NCBI RefSeq assembly: GCF_963921235.1
Contig: NC_086097.1
Span: 42,038,001 to 42,102,000 of the forward strand
DNA from: Mobula hypostoma
Lineage: Eukaryota
Reading direction: 5' to 3'
DNA: 64,000 bases
The notes under the pieces are model-generated. The model saw only the letters and a program-made list of their open reading frames with translations, was not told the DNA's origin and searched no databases. This document shows, one piece after another, positions 26,020-38,060 of the stretch; within the stretch, counting starts at the first letter, position 1, and each line of letters starts with the position of its first letter. The position numbers were made by a program, and so were the translations under genes.

Positions 26020-26290
26020 AACCATATAACAATTACAGCACGGAAACAGGCCATCTCGGCCCTTCTAGTCCATGCCGAACTCTTACTCTCTCTGCACTCA
26101 GCTCATAACCCTCCATTCCTTTCCTGTCCGTATAGCTGTCCCATTTAACTTTAAACGACAACATCGAACCTGCCTCAGCCACTTCTGCTGGAAGCTCGTT
26201 CCACACAGCTACCACTCTCTGAGTAAAGAAGTTGCCCCTCATGTTACCCCTAAACTTTTGCCCTTTAACTCTCAGCTCATGTCCTCTTGA
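26020..26290 (-). mobile_element. CR1 LINE short 3' fragment
   Basis: ORF 26033..26242: RGNFFTQRVVAVWNELP. Confidence 0.85.
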
Positions 26291-26764
26291 TATCTGGAGA
26301 CGTAGGTTGTAACAATAGAAAACATTTGATGGATAATCTTACTGCCTCCAGTAGTAATGGAATTACTGTCATGATGAGAAATTGTTTGCATTTTGCATCC
26401 AGAGTACTTAGATGTGACTATTAATACTACATAATGGTACATAATTGCTTAACCTTTTTGTATGTCATTTTTGTATAGTTGGAAGAAGCAAGTGAAATTA
26501 AATGTTATCAACATCTATAGACGGTACAAAAGTGTGATGCTGAACCGTACGGGCTGGACTTTGCGGACATTGATAAGATGACGGCACTTGAAACCAGCAA
26601 ATACCAGGGAGATTCTACAATACAAATTTCTCCCTTCCCAGAGACAGCTTCCAACAGGCTTCAGCTTTTGGGGATCTCTAGTGACAGCAATGATGATAAG
26701 CATGAAAAGCAGATAATCACATGAAAGAATTCATGGGGAAGGGAGAACAGAAAGTTCTGCACTT

Positions 26765-27570
26765 AAATTCAAAGGATTCAAAGTACATTTATGAGCAAAG
26801 TATGCATGCAGCATACCACCGAGATTCGTCTTTCCCACAGACAGCCACAAACAAATAACCATGGAGCCTGTTCAAAGAGAAAGCATCAACCCCACCTCCC
26901 CGCACAAAAAAAATCATGCAAACGACGACAAAAAAAAGCAAAAAACATAGAATATGAAACACAAAATCAAAAGACGTTTCAGTTCACCTCAGACATGAGG
27001 AAAACTGCAGATGCTAGAAATTCAAGCAACACACACAAAATGCTGGTGGAACGCAGCAGGCCAGGCAGCATCTATAGCAAGAAGTACAGTCAACGTTTCA
27101 GGCTGAGACCCTTCGTCAGGACGTCTGCGGGCAACAGATAAGAGAAAAGCAGTGAATATAAAAACTAGAAACACACCATAACGTGAATTAGAGTCCACAA
27201 TCCACACTCTCAGCGTCGATTAAACCTTGCTCCTTGGGAGCAGCGAGCAAGAAGGACAGAGAGACCGTCACGCACAGACACCTTTCTCCTGCAGCAGTGA
27301 GCAAGAGGCTGGTAGATGGCGCAGAACATTCACTCGCCCTCCGCACCTGCTCCATCACCAAGCTTTACTCACAGCCTCATAAAACCCTCTCGGAAACAGC
27401 AAAGCGCCAGATCAGTCAGTCGATCTGAAAAAGCACTACCAGACTGTAGATCACAGGCTCCAATGGTAGCAGAACCACATTTGAAATAAAAGGAAGATGC
27501 AAAAGAAATGAAAGGAGAAGCTTTGAGAATGTCGCCCTTACTGGTGTTGTTTGTTGGCACCTTCAGAACT
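26765..27570 (-). mobile_element. ORF-less Rex1-tailed repeat interrupted by a PLE terminal repeat
   Basis: Similar to 21953-22720. Confidence 0.5.
26990..27122 (-). mobile_element. Solo PLE terminal repeat starting at the hammerhead motif
   Basis: Minus strand GTC-CTGACGA-AGGGTCTCAGCCT-GAAA-CGTT-GACTG, then the pLTR tail. Confidence 0.85.
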
Positions 27571-27641
27571 TTAATGTTTGAGATGAGAAAGGTAGGAACT
27601 ACAACATGATAACAGCTTTAAAGATGCAAATTGGGCAGTAA

Positions 27642-28093
27642 AGCCCAACTTATACTTCTGCATCAAATGTACGATGTAGGTACCATGTACCCTACGAAGT
27701 AGGGTGACGTGCACCTCCCCAAAAAAGTAACTCATGCAACATGGTGACGCAGACCGCAACAACTGTGATTGGTCCGCTTGGTAGCATCGCATTTCCTTCT
27801 ACGCATTTCTGCTTGCTTGTACACTGAAGCGAAATAAATGGTTGGAGACGATGAACCAAACCGTCAAATCTACCTGCTGACATCCGAAAATATTTCAAAT
27901 GCATTTCCTCGACCATGTCTCTCACGAAGAAACTCAACACAGTGGCATAGAAACCCCACCACCAACTAGCGTTTTGGCAGTGAATTGCAGAGTGATGCAG
28001 ACACAACTACGCATGCTCGCTACGGCATAGAGGTACGCAAAAGTATAAATCAGGCCTACGGCGTAGCCCATATGCATAAGTATGAATCAGGCT
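27642..28093 (-). mobile_element. Internally deleted PIF/Harbinger DNA transposon
   Basis: Imperfect TIRs AGCCCAACTTATACTTCTGCAT vs AGCCTGATTCATACTTATGCAT (reverse complement of the right end), flanked by TAA/TTA. Transposase N-terminal remnant HLKYFRMSAGRFDGLVHRLQPFI. Confidence 0.75.
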
Positions 28094-29959
28094 TTATTGT
28101 TGATTCAAGTAACTGCTACAACAAGGAAGGCTGTAACCCTAGAGTCAGCAGCAGCTCTTTAGGAGTGCAATCTTATTAGACCCATGCTCTATCTCTTTCT
28201 CAGCTAGGCATTATTTTCTTCCAAGAGTTTTGGCCCAATTCCCTCTTGTAAACCACAACTGAATACTTCCAGCATCTTTTTAGGCAGTGAATTCCAAATC
28301 ATGGCACAATACTGATTTCCTTCGTGCTATTCCTGATTGTTATGCCAGTCCTCTTAAATCAATATACTCTGGCTCTAGATCCCTTTTATCAACAAAATCA
28401 GTTTCACTTTGATGATTTTGGATGCTTCTATCAAGTCTCTCTTTAGCCAGTTTTACACTGAGGAGAACAACTAGATCATTCAGCAAGCTGGAGCCCTTCA
28501 TCTCAATCCCTTCTGCATCTTTTCTGAAGCCCAAGTTCCATGAAACCATCACTGGGTTCCAGCAAACTAGCAACAGAGGAGCTGAGGGCAGTGTGGACAG
28601 GGTCAACGAACTTAACCTGTTCTTTAACAGATTTGACATTGTGGCCCCTGCCCATACCCCACATGAGTCATCTGTTGTTGGCCCCCAACAAACACATATT
28701 CCACTCTCCCTTCCCACCCAACCTCACAGTCCCCCGCCCTGCTCTCATGACTACACCCCCCCCCCACATGAAACCACCACACTGGGCTTCACAGCTCTAC
28801 AGGTGAGAGGACAGTTGAAACGTCTCCACCCAAGCAAGGCTGCAGGACCGGATGGTGTCAGCACCAGGGTGCTCAAAGCCTGTGCCCCTCAGCTATGTGG
28901 AGTGCTTCACCATATCTTCAACCTGAGCCTGAGTCTCCAGATGGTTACTGTGCTGTGGAAGACGTCCTGCCTTGTCCCTGTGCCGAAGATGCCGCGCCCC
29001 AGCGGCCTCAATGACTACAGACCGGTGGCATTGACCTCCCACATCATGAAGACCCTGGAGAGATTTGTTCTGGAGCTGCTCCGGCCTATGGTTAGGCCAC
29101 AATTAGATCCCCTCCAGTTCGCCTACCAGCCCCGACTAGGAGTTGAGGCTGCCATCGTCTACCTGCTGAACCGTGTCTACGCCCAGCTGGACAAGCCAGC
29201 GAACACTGTGAGGGTCATGTTTTTTGACTTCTCCAGTGCGTTCAACACCATTTGCCCTGCTCTGCTGGGGGAGAAGCTGACAGCGATGCAGGTGGATGCT
29301 TCCCTGGTATCATGGATTCTTGATTACCTGACTGGCAGACCACAGTACGTGTGCTTGCAACACTGTGTGTCCGACAGAGTGAGCAGCAGCACTGGGGCTC
29401 CACAGGGGACTGTCTTGCCTCCCTTTCTCTTCACCATCTACACCTCGGACTTCAACTACTGCACAGAGTCTTGTCATCTTCAGAAGTTTTCTGATGACTC
29501 TGCCATAGTTAGATGCATCAGCAAGGGAGATGAGGCTGAGTACAGGGCTATGGTGGGAAACTTTGTCACATGGTGTGAGCAGAATTATCTGCAGCTTAAT
29601 GTGAAAAAGACTAAGGAGCTGGTGGTAGACCTGAGGAGAGCTAAGGCACCGGTGACCCCTGTTTCCATCCAGGGGGTCAGTGTGGACATGGTGGAGGATT
29701 ACAAATACCTGGGGATACGAATTGACAATAAACTGGACTGGTCAAAGAACACTGAGGCTGTCTACAAGAAGGGTCAGAGCCGCCTCTATTTCCTGAGGAG
29801 ACTGAGGTCCTTTAACATCTGTCAGACGATGCTGACGATGTTCTACGAGTCTGTGGTGGCCAGTGCTATCATGTTTGCTGTTGTGTGCTGGGGCAACAGG
29901 CTGAGGGTAGCAGACACCAACAGAGGGTAGCAGACACCAACAGTCAACAAACTCATTCG

Positions 29960-31938
29960 AGGGGGGGCGTCACGTGATGACGTGGGACTGAGACGTGTGA
30001 ATCCAGCTCTCCTGTAAAAAATCAGCAAAGTACCGTTTAAAAAAAGCAAAGTTAATAAATACTTTCCGAAAACTACTCATAAACTTCGTAAGACTACTCT
30101 ACGATATGCCTCATAAACCACAACAGAAGAAGTCTGTTGTTGTGAAGTCGCCATGAGATGGGAAGAAAAAAGGGCCTACTGCAGCGATAGAGCCTCGGAT
30201 TCAGGTTGGATCTCCTTCAGAGGAGACGCATTTTATCTCTGGCGTAGAAGAACGGGGAGCAATGGCAGCGGTAGCGGTCTCTCGGAAATTGATGCCGGAA
30301 TTGCACATGCGTAAAGTAGTACGCATGCGCAAATCGACACAACTTAAACTACAAGAACCGACGGCCACTGCAACTGTAAGTGACTCAGAGTCAGAATTGG
30401 ATATAGCAGAGAATACAGATGAAGAGGAGGAGGAAGAACTGGAAGAGACTGGAAGTAAAGGAGACGACGGAGACATAAGAGAGGCTTTATTGCAATTAAC
30501 GGCTGAATTGAGAAAATTAAGAACAGAGTTTAGAGACGTGAAGATGTGCTATGATAAAGCTATGAAAAGACAGGATAAAATGGATAAGAAACTTCAGAAG
30601 ATGGAAAGAACAATGGAGCATATTAACGATAGAGTGGAAAAAACAGAAACTGATGTACTTGTCTGGAACACGGAAAGAAATCGACTCTTGGAGAAAGTGG
30701 ACGTGTTGGAAAATTTTAGTAGACGTAATAACATCAAAATTATCAGTCTTAAGGAAGGTATAGAGGGAGATAATCCACTAGAATTTTTTCAAAGATGGAT
30801 CCCGAAAACTTTGCAAATGAAAGAGGAAGACCGATCAATTGAAATTGAATGGGTACATAGAGCTCTAAGACCAAAACCACAAGATGACCAATATCCACGA
30901 TCAATTTTAATAAAATCCTTAAGATTTCAAGACAAGGAAAGGATCCTACAGGTGGCTGCCCAAGCTGCCAAGAAGAGAAAAGGGCCACTGATGATAGAAG
31001 GGAAGAAAATTTTTTTCTACCCTGACATAAGTTATGAACTTCTGAAGAGAAGGAAGAAATTTAATCCAGTGAAAAAAGCCCTATGGGATCACGGTTATCA
31101 ATTTATATTGCATAATCCTGCAACCTTGAAGATTTTTTTGCCTGGTGGAGAAAAAAATATTCACCAAATACAAGAACAAACCTAGGGGAGCGAGATGGAT
31201 TGAAGATGAAGACTGGATTAAAGATTAGGCCTGTTGGATTTTTAGGCGGATGAATATATAAATATATTATTAATTATATGAGGGAAGGGAAGAAAGGTTA
31301 AAATTTGAGGAATATTAGCTGGGAATAATGACATTATTTTTTTATATATATATACAATTTTTTGTTACGGGGGAGCTGGAAGAAACACTGACCAATCACT
31401 ACATTACTCGTGTGCAACCATGGCAATAGCCACGACCCGCACAATGGAGGGGGTAGTGTTGTGTATCTTTTCATTCACAACAGTAGTCGGGGGGGGGGTC
31501 TTTTGTTTTTCTCTTTTTGTATCTTATCTATCTTTTTTTTCTTTTTGCCTGGATGATTGGGAGGGAAACACATAGCAACATGGTGAGGTTCAAAGAGATT
31601 CCCCAGGGAACTATGAGAGTTGAGAAGCTAAGTAATGTTTTAGATTTTAAGAGATAAATATGAAACATTTTTGAATATTTGGAGCCCTTATTTATAGCTC
31701 CGATGATGAAGATCTTGGTTCCTTGGGGGGGGAAGTAACAAATATATATTAAATTTATTTTTATCCCATGGAGTATGTGCAAACCTTCCAATAGTCAGGT
31801 GGTTCTTTTTTTTTCTTTCTTTTCTCTTTAGGTAGGAGTATATACCGGGGGGGGAGGGTTAAGAAGAGGGGGGAGGGTGGATATTATTTTCTCATGTATT
31901 ACTTTGAAAACTTAATAAAAATTATATAAATAAAAAAA
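29960..31938 (+). mobile_element. L1-clade element with ORF1 only (ORF2 almost entirely missing), 11-bp TSD
   Basis: 5' G-run at 29961-29967, ORF1, AATAAA and poly(A) at 31914-31940. TSD AAACTCATTCG at 29949-29959 and 31939-31949. Confidence 0.9.
30106..31185 (+). pseudogene. L1 ORF1p (coiled coil, RRM, CTD); probable start 30106 with TGA at 30154-30156; open 30262..31185
   Basis: LENFSRRNNIKI, IEWVHRAL, PRSILIK, IFFYPD, PATLKI motifs. ATG 30106 is in frame with the tracked ORF. Confidence 0.85.
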
Positions 31939-34900
31939 AAACTCATTCGTAAGGCCAGCGATGTTGTGGGGATGGAACTGGACTCTCTCACGGTGGTGTC
32001 TGAAAAGAGGATGCTGTCTAAGTTGCATGCCATCTTGGTCAATGTCTCCCATCCACTACATAATGTACTGGTTGGGCACAGGAGTACATTCAGCCAGAGA
32101 CTCATTCCACCAAGATGCAACACAGAGCGTCATAGGAAGTCATTCCTGCCTGTGGCCATCAAACCTTACAACTCCTCCCTTGGAAGGTCAGACACCCTGA
32201 GCCAATAGGCTGGTCCTGGACTTACTTCCATCTGGCATAATTTGCATATTATTATTTAATTATTTATGGGTTTTATATTGCTATATTTATACGCTATTCT
32301 TGGTTGGTGCAGCTGCAACGAAACCCAATTTCCCTCGGGATCAATAAAGTATGTCTATCTATCTATCTATCTTTTCCCTCTCTATCAGCAGTGACCAGAA
32401 ACACTATCAGTAACTGACTCATTGTTTTATAATGTGAGAGGTGGCCTGAACAGATAGAAACATATTTTGAATGTAGAAACCTACATTTAAAGGATTCTGA
32501 TGTGCTTCAGTCTTTAAATGTCATTTCTGTAATGGAACAGTGTTATAAAGATTGTTAGAGCAAATACAACACATATAAACTCTATTAAAATGATGCAAGG
32601 TCAAGGATCATTTAAGTCAAAAATAATGAGAACTACAAAGAATTTGCTGAAGCAGAATTATGTTAAAACCTGCGAGATGTGGAAGACCAGGCACTAATTG
32701 AGACTAGTGTTTTGCTTGAAACTGTTCGACAGGACAGAATGATTTCATGAAATTTACAGAGACCCTGCCAACGATGTATGTTACTTAATGCAAGTAGAAT
32801 TACAACACTGTAATAAGAAAGAGGGGAAAGGAGGAGGTGAGGGTTGGGTCGATGTTACTAAAACAAGTGACATATGTGACAGACTGCTAGACGACTGATA
32901 TTAGGGTACCATTCAAGGAAAAGCTCACTCTGTGAGAAAGCAAGCACAGCTGATAAGCTCAATCTACGGAAGAGATGGGGCTATTAATAAACGGAACATA
33001 AAATTGACTTCTGAAAGGAACAGAAGTAAGATAACTGAAAATTGGTAAGTAGCTGATATGATCAAAGAGGAAAATCATGTAGGAATGGATAAAGAGAGAA
33101 TGAGAGAGGGGGGGCAAGGGGAAGAGGAGGAGAGAGGGAGAAAAAAAATGCATAAAAAAGGAAGAGAACCTCTGGAGTATGGAGAGGGAGTGCTTGGTAA
33201 ATCTTGTGTCTGTGTGCTGAATGCAACTCGCTCAATAAATTTGTTGAGCTTATATCCAATGTAATTCTATGCCAATCATGGTTTGCTGCAGCCACAGGCT
33301 GAGTTAGGCCAAATTAATTATGAATTGACATACCTGCCACTATTTACAAAGCCCGGTATTCTTTTTTTTAATATTTACTTTCTCAATCTGTCGAGCCATC
33401 CATAAAAAATTGTGTGCATCAATAGTCTCTGCCCCCTCAGCTGCCTCAGAATGCCTCCTTTCATATCTTATTGTTTTTGCTTAATATTCCCAAAGTTTAT
33501 CACTTCAGGTTTCCCTCCCTTAAACTCCACTTGCCTCATGCTCTTTCCACCAATCTCTCCACATCATCTTCTAGCACATCACCATCCTCATCCGTGCCTA
33601 CCTGTATTCCCACAGTTTGTGTCAACAATGGCTCAGGTTTCTGCTAAAAGCTCAGTTGCACATCATAGCAACAAAGCATATGATTTTCAGATTTTGTTAC
33701 AGTCAAAATAATTTGCAAATTATTGTAATTTGCTGATGGCTGTGTAATTTGGTGAAGGCAACAACACAGAATGAAGAATGAAGGAATCACTCACCGCAGT
33801 TTCTTTATCCCCATGTTTTGCTGCACATGTGGACGCGCCAGAAACTGCTGTCATATTGTCTCCAGTTGAAAAGAGAATGCTGGAAGCTCATTGTTATTCT
33901 CATCGCAAATTCCAAACCATTGTGAGTAATACATACAACACCAATTGCAAAGTTATTATATTGTCAACTGTGTAAAACACTTTCTTTAATTGCATCTGAT
34001 CTGTGTGCTTACTGGTTTATTAAACATATGTATTCTTTTCATCACTCTATTACACTAGTCATAGCTTTAATTCTTAAAACATTTGTAAAATGTCAAAAAC
34101 CATCTTAAATCACAATGTTAACTGTATGAGAATGTTAGCGGTGAGTTGGGAGTCACACAGAACATGCGAATTGTTATGGTTAGATATTTTCATAACTTAT
34201 GATGAATATGTACTGGCAATCACCAGGCATTTCATAGCAAAGGGCATTAAATGAAGATATCCAGCTGTTTTGTTGGATGTTCCCACTGCATTCATTAAGT
34301 TGTAATTCATGCAAATATGTAGCACAGAAGTGGGGCCTTTGGCCTAGTATATCAAGGCCTTTTGGCCCAGCCACATGAATCCCATTTGCATATTTTAAGT
34401 CTGCATCTCTCTCTGCCTTGCCTTTCTAAGTGCCCGTTTAAACGTCTCTCAAACACTATTATCTTAACTGATTCTACCACCTGAGTGACTTTCAAATTTC
34501 AAGCACTGTGTGAATAAACATTCCCTTCAAATTCCTTGGAAAACGCCTTCCCCTCAAAGTTAACTTATACCCTCTTGTTTTTGGATGACACTGCCATGGG
34601 AAAATTATTCTGACTATCTACTCTATCTATGCCTCTCATAATTTTATCCACCCCTCAGCCTTCTTCATTCTCGGAAAACAAGCCCAGTCTAGCTGATCTC
34701 TCCCCATAACTAAAGTCCTCCAGCCCAGGCAACATCCCATTGAATCCTCTTGGCACAGTCTCCAGTGTAATCATACCCCTTCAATAGTGTGGTGACCAAA
34801 ACTGCACACAATTAGTGCTTAAATTATATATGAAGAAAGATAGAATTTTCTTTAATTACTTACAATGCAATAAATCTGTTAAGTTTCTAAATGGCATCAC

Positions 34901-36730
34901 TGTAATTATTAAAACTGTGTTTTAGTAATACATATCTGTTTAGAAAAACAAACAATACAATCACTGACCGTTGCACAATCAACAACAATAGATTTGAAAT
35001 GTCCCCAAAATCTCCATTAATTTCTCTTTAGATCTCTAGGTTGACATGATGTTACTTATAAATTTAAAAAAAAACAAGCTTTCACTCAGCCATTTTGGGA
35101 ACTCTAGGCATTGACATTTTCTCCAGCTTTTACTGCCCAACCGATGTTTACAGAGTAAAGGAAGGAATAAAAACAGTTTGAAACCTGGATCGTTGCTTTT
35201 CATTATTGCTTCCTATAACTGGATTTTTGCCAGTTTTTTTCCTGTCAAAACTAAATGCCCACTGGACTGATAAGCTTTGCTGTATGAACATCAAAAAGGC
35301 CATCTTCCTTGCCGTCGAGGATGTGTATACTGGTGCACCGTAATAAATACCTGAAGTCTGCTGACAGACAGTATCATTTACCGGTTATATGATTTCTGTG
35401 CAGATTACTTGATTTTGTAAAATGAAATTACTTAGACACTCTTGTCTAAACAGCTCTTTTTGTGTGCTGGTGTACAGAGTTTTATCAAGGTTATGACTGG
35501 GTACTTTGTACTTCGGTAATAAATTTAGGGATTTTCAACATGACAAATGAATGAACTTCAAAAGTAATGCTGGTCTTAACTAGATGTCTTAACATTTCTT
35601 GAGTTGCTGCCTTGAGAGTTTGACATACTCCATCTGAGCACCTTCTTTAATTTTGCATTGTCTGTAATGGATCGAGTAAAATGACCTTGACTGTCGTCAG
35701 GTTCCTCGTGCATTCATTTCCTCCATGATCTCCCCTTTCTCTAACAGCAGGAGATTAAGACCTTTGTCCTTGTGAGTGGTGATTGGAGGAAAGTATAGGG
35801 GGCATTGGAGGTAGTGGTGGTGGGTGTGTAGAATACACTGCCAGGAGTAGTGGTTGAGGCAGATACATTAGGGGCATTTAGATAGGTACACGGATGATAG
35901 AAAAATGGAGAGCTATATAGGAGGGAAGGATTAGATTGATCTTTGAGTAAGTTTAAAGTTCGGCTCAACATCGTGGAATGAATGTCCTATATTCTATGTT
36001 CAATGTTCTGTGTTCTAATGATAGAATATTTCATCAATCCTTTCAGGAGTGCTTTCTTTCAGCAGGTCAAAACAAAAAGTTCCTGCTAGCTAATTTGGCC
36101 CTCAAACCATAATGTGGGGCCCTTTGTCTGTAGTCTTCATTTATTAAAAAAAACAACAGCAGAGATAGGGTAGCAGGTAACTAGTTACCCTTCCTATCAC
36201 ACACTTGACATAATTCCCATTTCCCAAGGCACATATCCTAACCAGATCTGTTGCCACTACAGAATATGAAGTAAATCACTGCAGAATGCACTGCTGGGCA
36301 AAGTGCTTACAACTACTTTACTTGGAATGTGCATCAGGCAATTGATGGTATCAAGAATTCTACTGGTTCACACTAGTGGAAAGCAGGTAGCATAATTCTG
36401 TACACAGAATAAAATGCATGCAGGTCACAAAAACGAGGAATATGTAAGATCCAGTAATTCTAAAGGAGTTCTACTGGTCTCATGAGCTAGACTGATAAAG
36501 TTTCCCCTGGGGCTGCTACTATTTAGGTAACATTACTTCAAACAGTAGAAAGAGAAATACTCAGTAGGGTGAAGCTTTCACGTTGTGTGTTAAATCTAAA
36601 AGATTTAAAAGGCATAGTACTGAAGTTCAGAGTTTACAGAACTCTAAGCATTTGGTAAATCATTATCAGGACTGGTTAACACTAGGATAAATTTATTAAC
36701 GAAACCATCATAATGGTTGAACAACTTTAC

Positions 36731-37180
36731 GTCTAAACGTCGACTGTACCTTTTCCTATAGATGCTGCCTGGCCTGCTGCGTTCACCAGCAACTTTGATG
36801 TGTGTTGCTTGAATTTCCAGCATCTGCAGAATTCCTGTTGTTTGCGTTTTAAAATTCACTACTGCGAAGCCTCTTCCGGTGATGCCTACACCGAAGAAGA
36901 TTAGATCCTCTCTTCGACTGGAGTTCAGTGAAACCATCTCTCACTGCTCCCCATCTGTAAATTCTTTGGCTCTTCAACTTCTTGGCCATATTTTGACTCA
37001 GACTCGCTATCACAGACTCGCTATCTTTTTGGATCTTTCCCTCCCCCTCCCACTTTCAAATCTCTTACTCTTCCTTCAGTTAGTCCTGACGAAGGGTCTC
37101 GGCCTGAAACGTCGACTGTACCTCTTCCTAGAGATGCTGCCTGGCCTGCTGCGTTCACCAGCAACTTTGATGTGTGTTGC
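36731..37180 (+). mobile_element. Mini-PLE: partial pLTR, ORF start, deletion, second pLTR in direct orientation; 14-bp TSD
   Basis: TSD TTGAACAACTTTAC at 36717-36730 and 37181-37194. Direct repeat 36735-36813 vs 37107-37185. Confidence 0.9.
37081..37118 (+). ncRNA. Minimal type I hammerhead ribozyme motif (intact core)
   Basis: Helix I AGUC/GACU; CUGACGA at 37086-37092; short helix II; GAAA at 37106-37109; palindromic ACGU in place of helix III; GUC cleavage triplet ending at 37113. Confidence 0.85.
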
Positions 37181-37867
37181 TTGAACAACTTTACAGCCAT
37201 TTTGGAAGCCAACCTGAATTCAGAGTGCTGAAAGTCACCCACTCGTATAGGGGAAGACAACTGATTCAGAAAACAACCCATTTTCCAGCCATAGGTATTG
37301 TGGACCTGGCCCTCTATATTTGATGAGTAACTCATTCCACACCAAAGCAGTAAGGATATGGCTGCAGCCCCTTCTGCCAAAATTGATGTTAAATAAAATT
37401 TAAAAATGTTGGTTACAAATAATAAAATCACAATTTTTTGTAGTTCATTATAGCTACAATTTTTTTGTATGGCTCAACTTTGAATAATTTTGTCAAAAGA
37501 AAGTATAAGTATGTGAGAAGATGCAACCCCACCTTTATTAATGGAAAAGAATGGATTTTTGCTACTTATGCAGAATATCAATAAAGCAATTCAGATTCGT
37601 GGAGAAATTTACACTGACAAAGTTGTAATTGCTTTCTGTATTTGCATTTGTTTTATCTCTAGCTGTGAAATGACTGCTGAATACAATATTTAAGCTACTA
37701 GCTCGGGGGAACAATTATGCAGGCACTTTCAGTTGAGCAAAGGGAGTTAATTGGATATGGAAAGTTACTATTGCATTGCTTCCTTTTCCTCCATCCACTT
37801 AACTAAAAGAGAAGTACAATAATTCAGCTAATAGTTAAAATAAAAAAGCACTTGCATTTACCTGGAG

Positions 37868-38060
37868 CAAAGCACACAAAATACCAGAGGAACTCAGCAG
37901 GTCTGGGAGCATCTGTGGAGAGGAATAAAGAGCTGAAGTTTCAGGCCAAGACCCTTCATCAGGACTGGAAAGGAAAGATGAAGAAGCCAAAATAAGGTGG
38001 TGAGTGGTGCAAAGAGTACAATCTGTTGGGTGATTAGTGAATCCAGGAGAGGGGAAAGTT
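37868..38060 (-). mobile_element. Older PLE terminal repeat with hammerhead core
   Basis: Minus strand CAGTC-CTGATGA-AGGGTCTTGGCCT-GAAA-CTTC. Confidence 0.75.

Larger units (their letters stand above)
28540..32371 (+). mobile_element. 5'-truncated Rex1/Babar LINE split by an L1 insertion (28540-29959 and 31939-32371)
   Basis: [43 protein letters not shown]. Coding resumes after the L1 (SHPLH...RKSFLPVAIK). Tail AATAAAGTATG(TCTA)n. Confidence 0.95.

Noticed and set aside
28422..28540. Start of the 502-aa ORF as the true N-terminus of an intact RT gene
   Set aside because: The first ~40 codons come from flanking decayed sequence. The LINE is 5'-truncated, lacks APE and is broken at 29930.
33778..33975. 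Duplicated coding exon shared with 23100-23240
   Set aside because: Substitutions are mostly non-synonymous in this frame, the other frames have stops, and splice sites are not shared. Kept only as an unclassified repeat.
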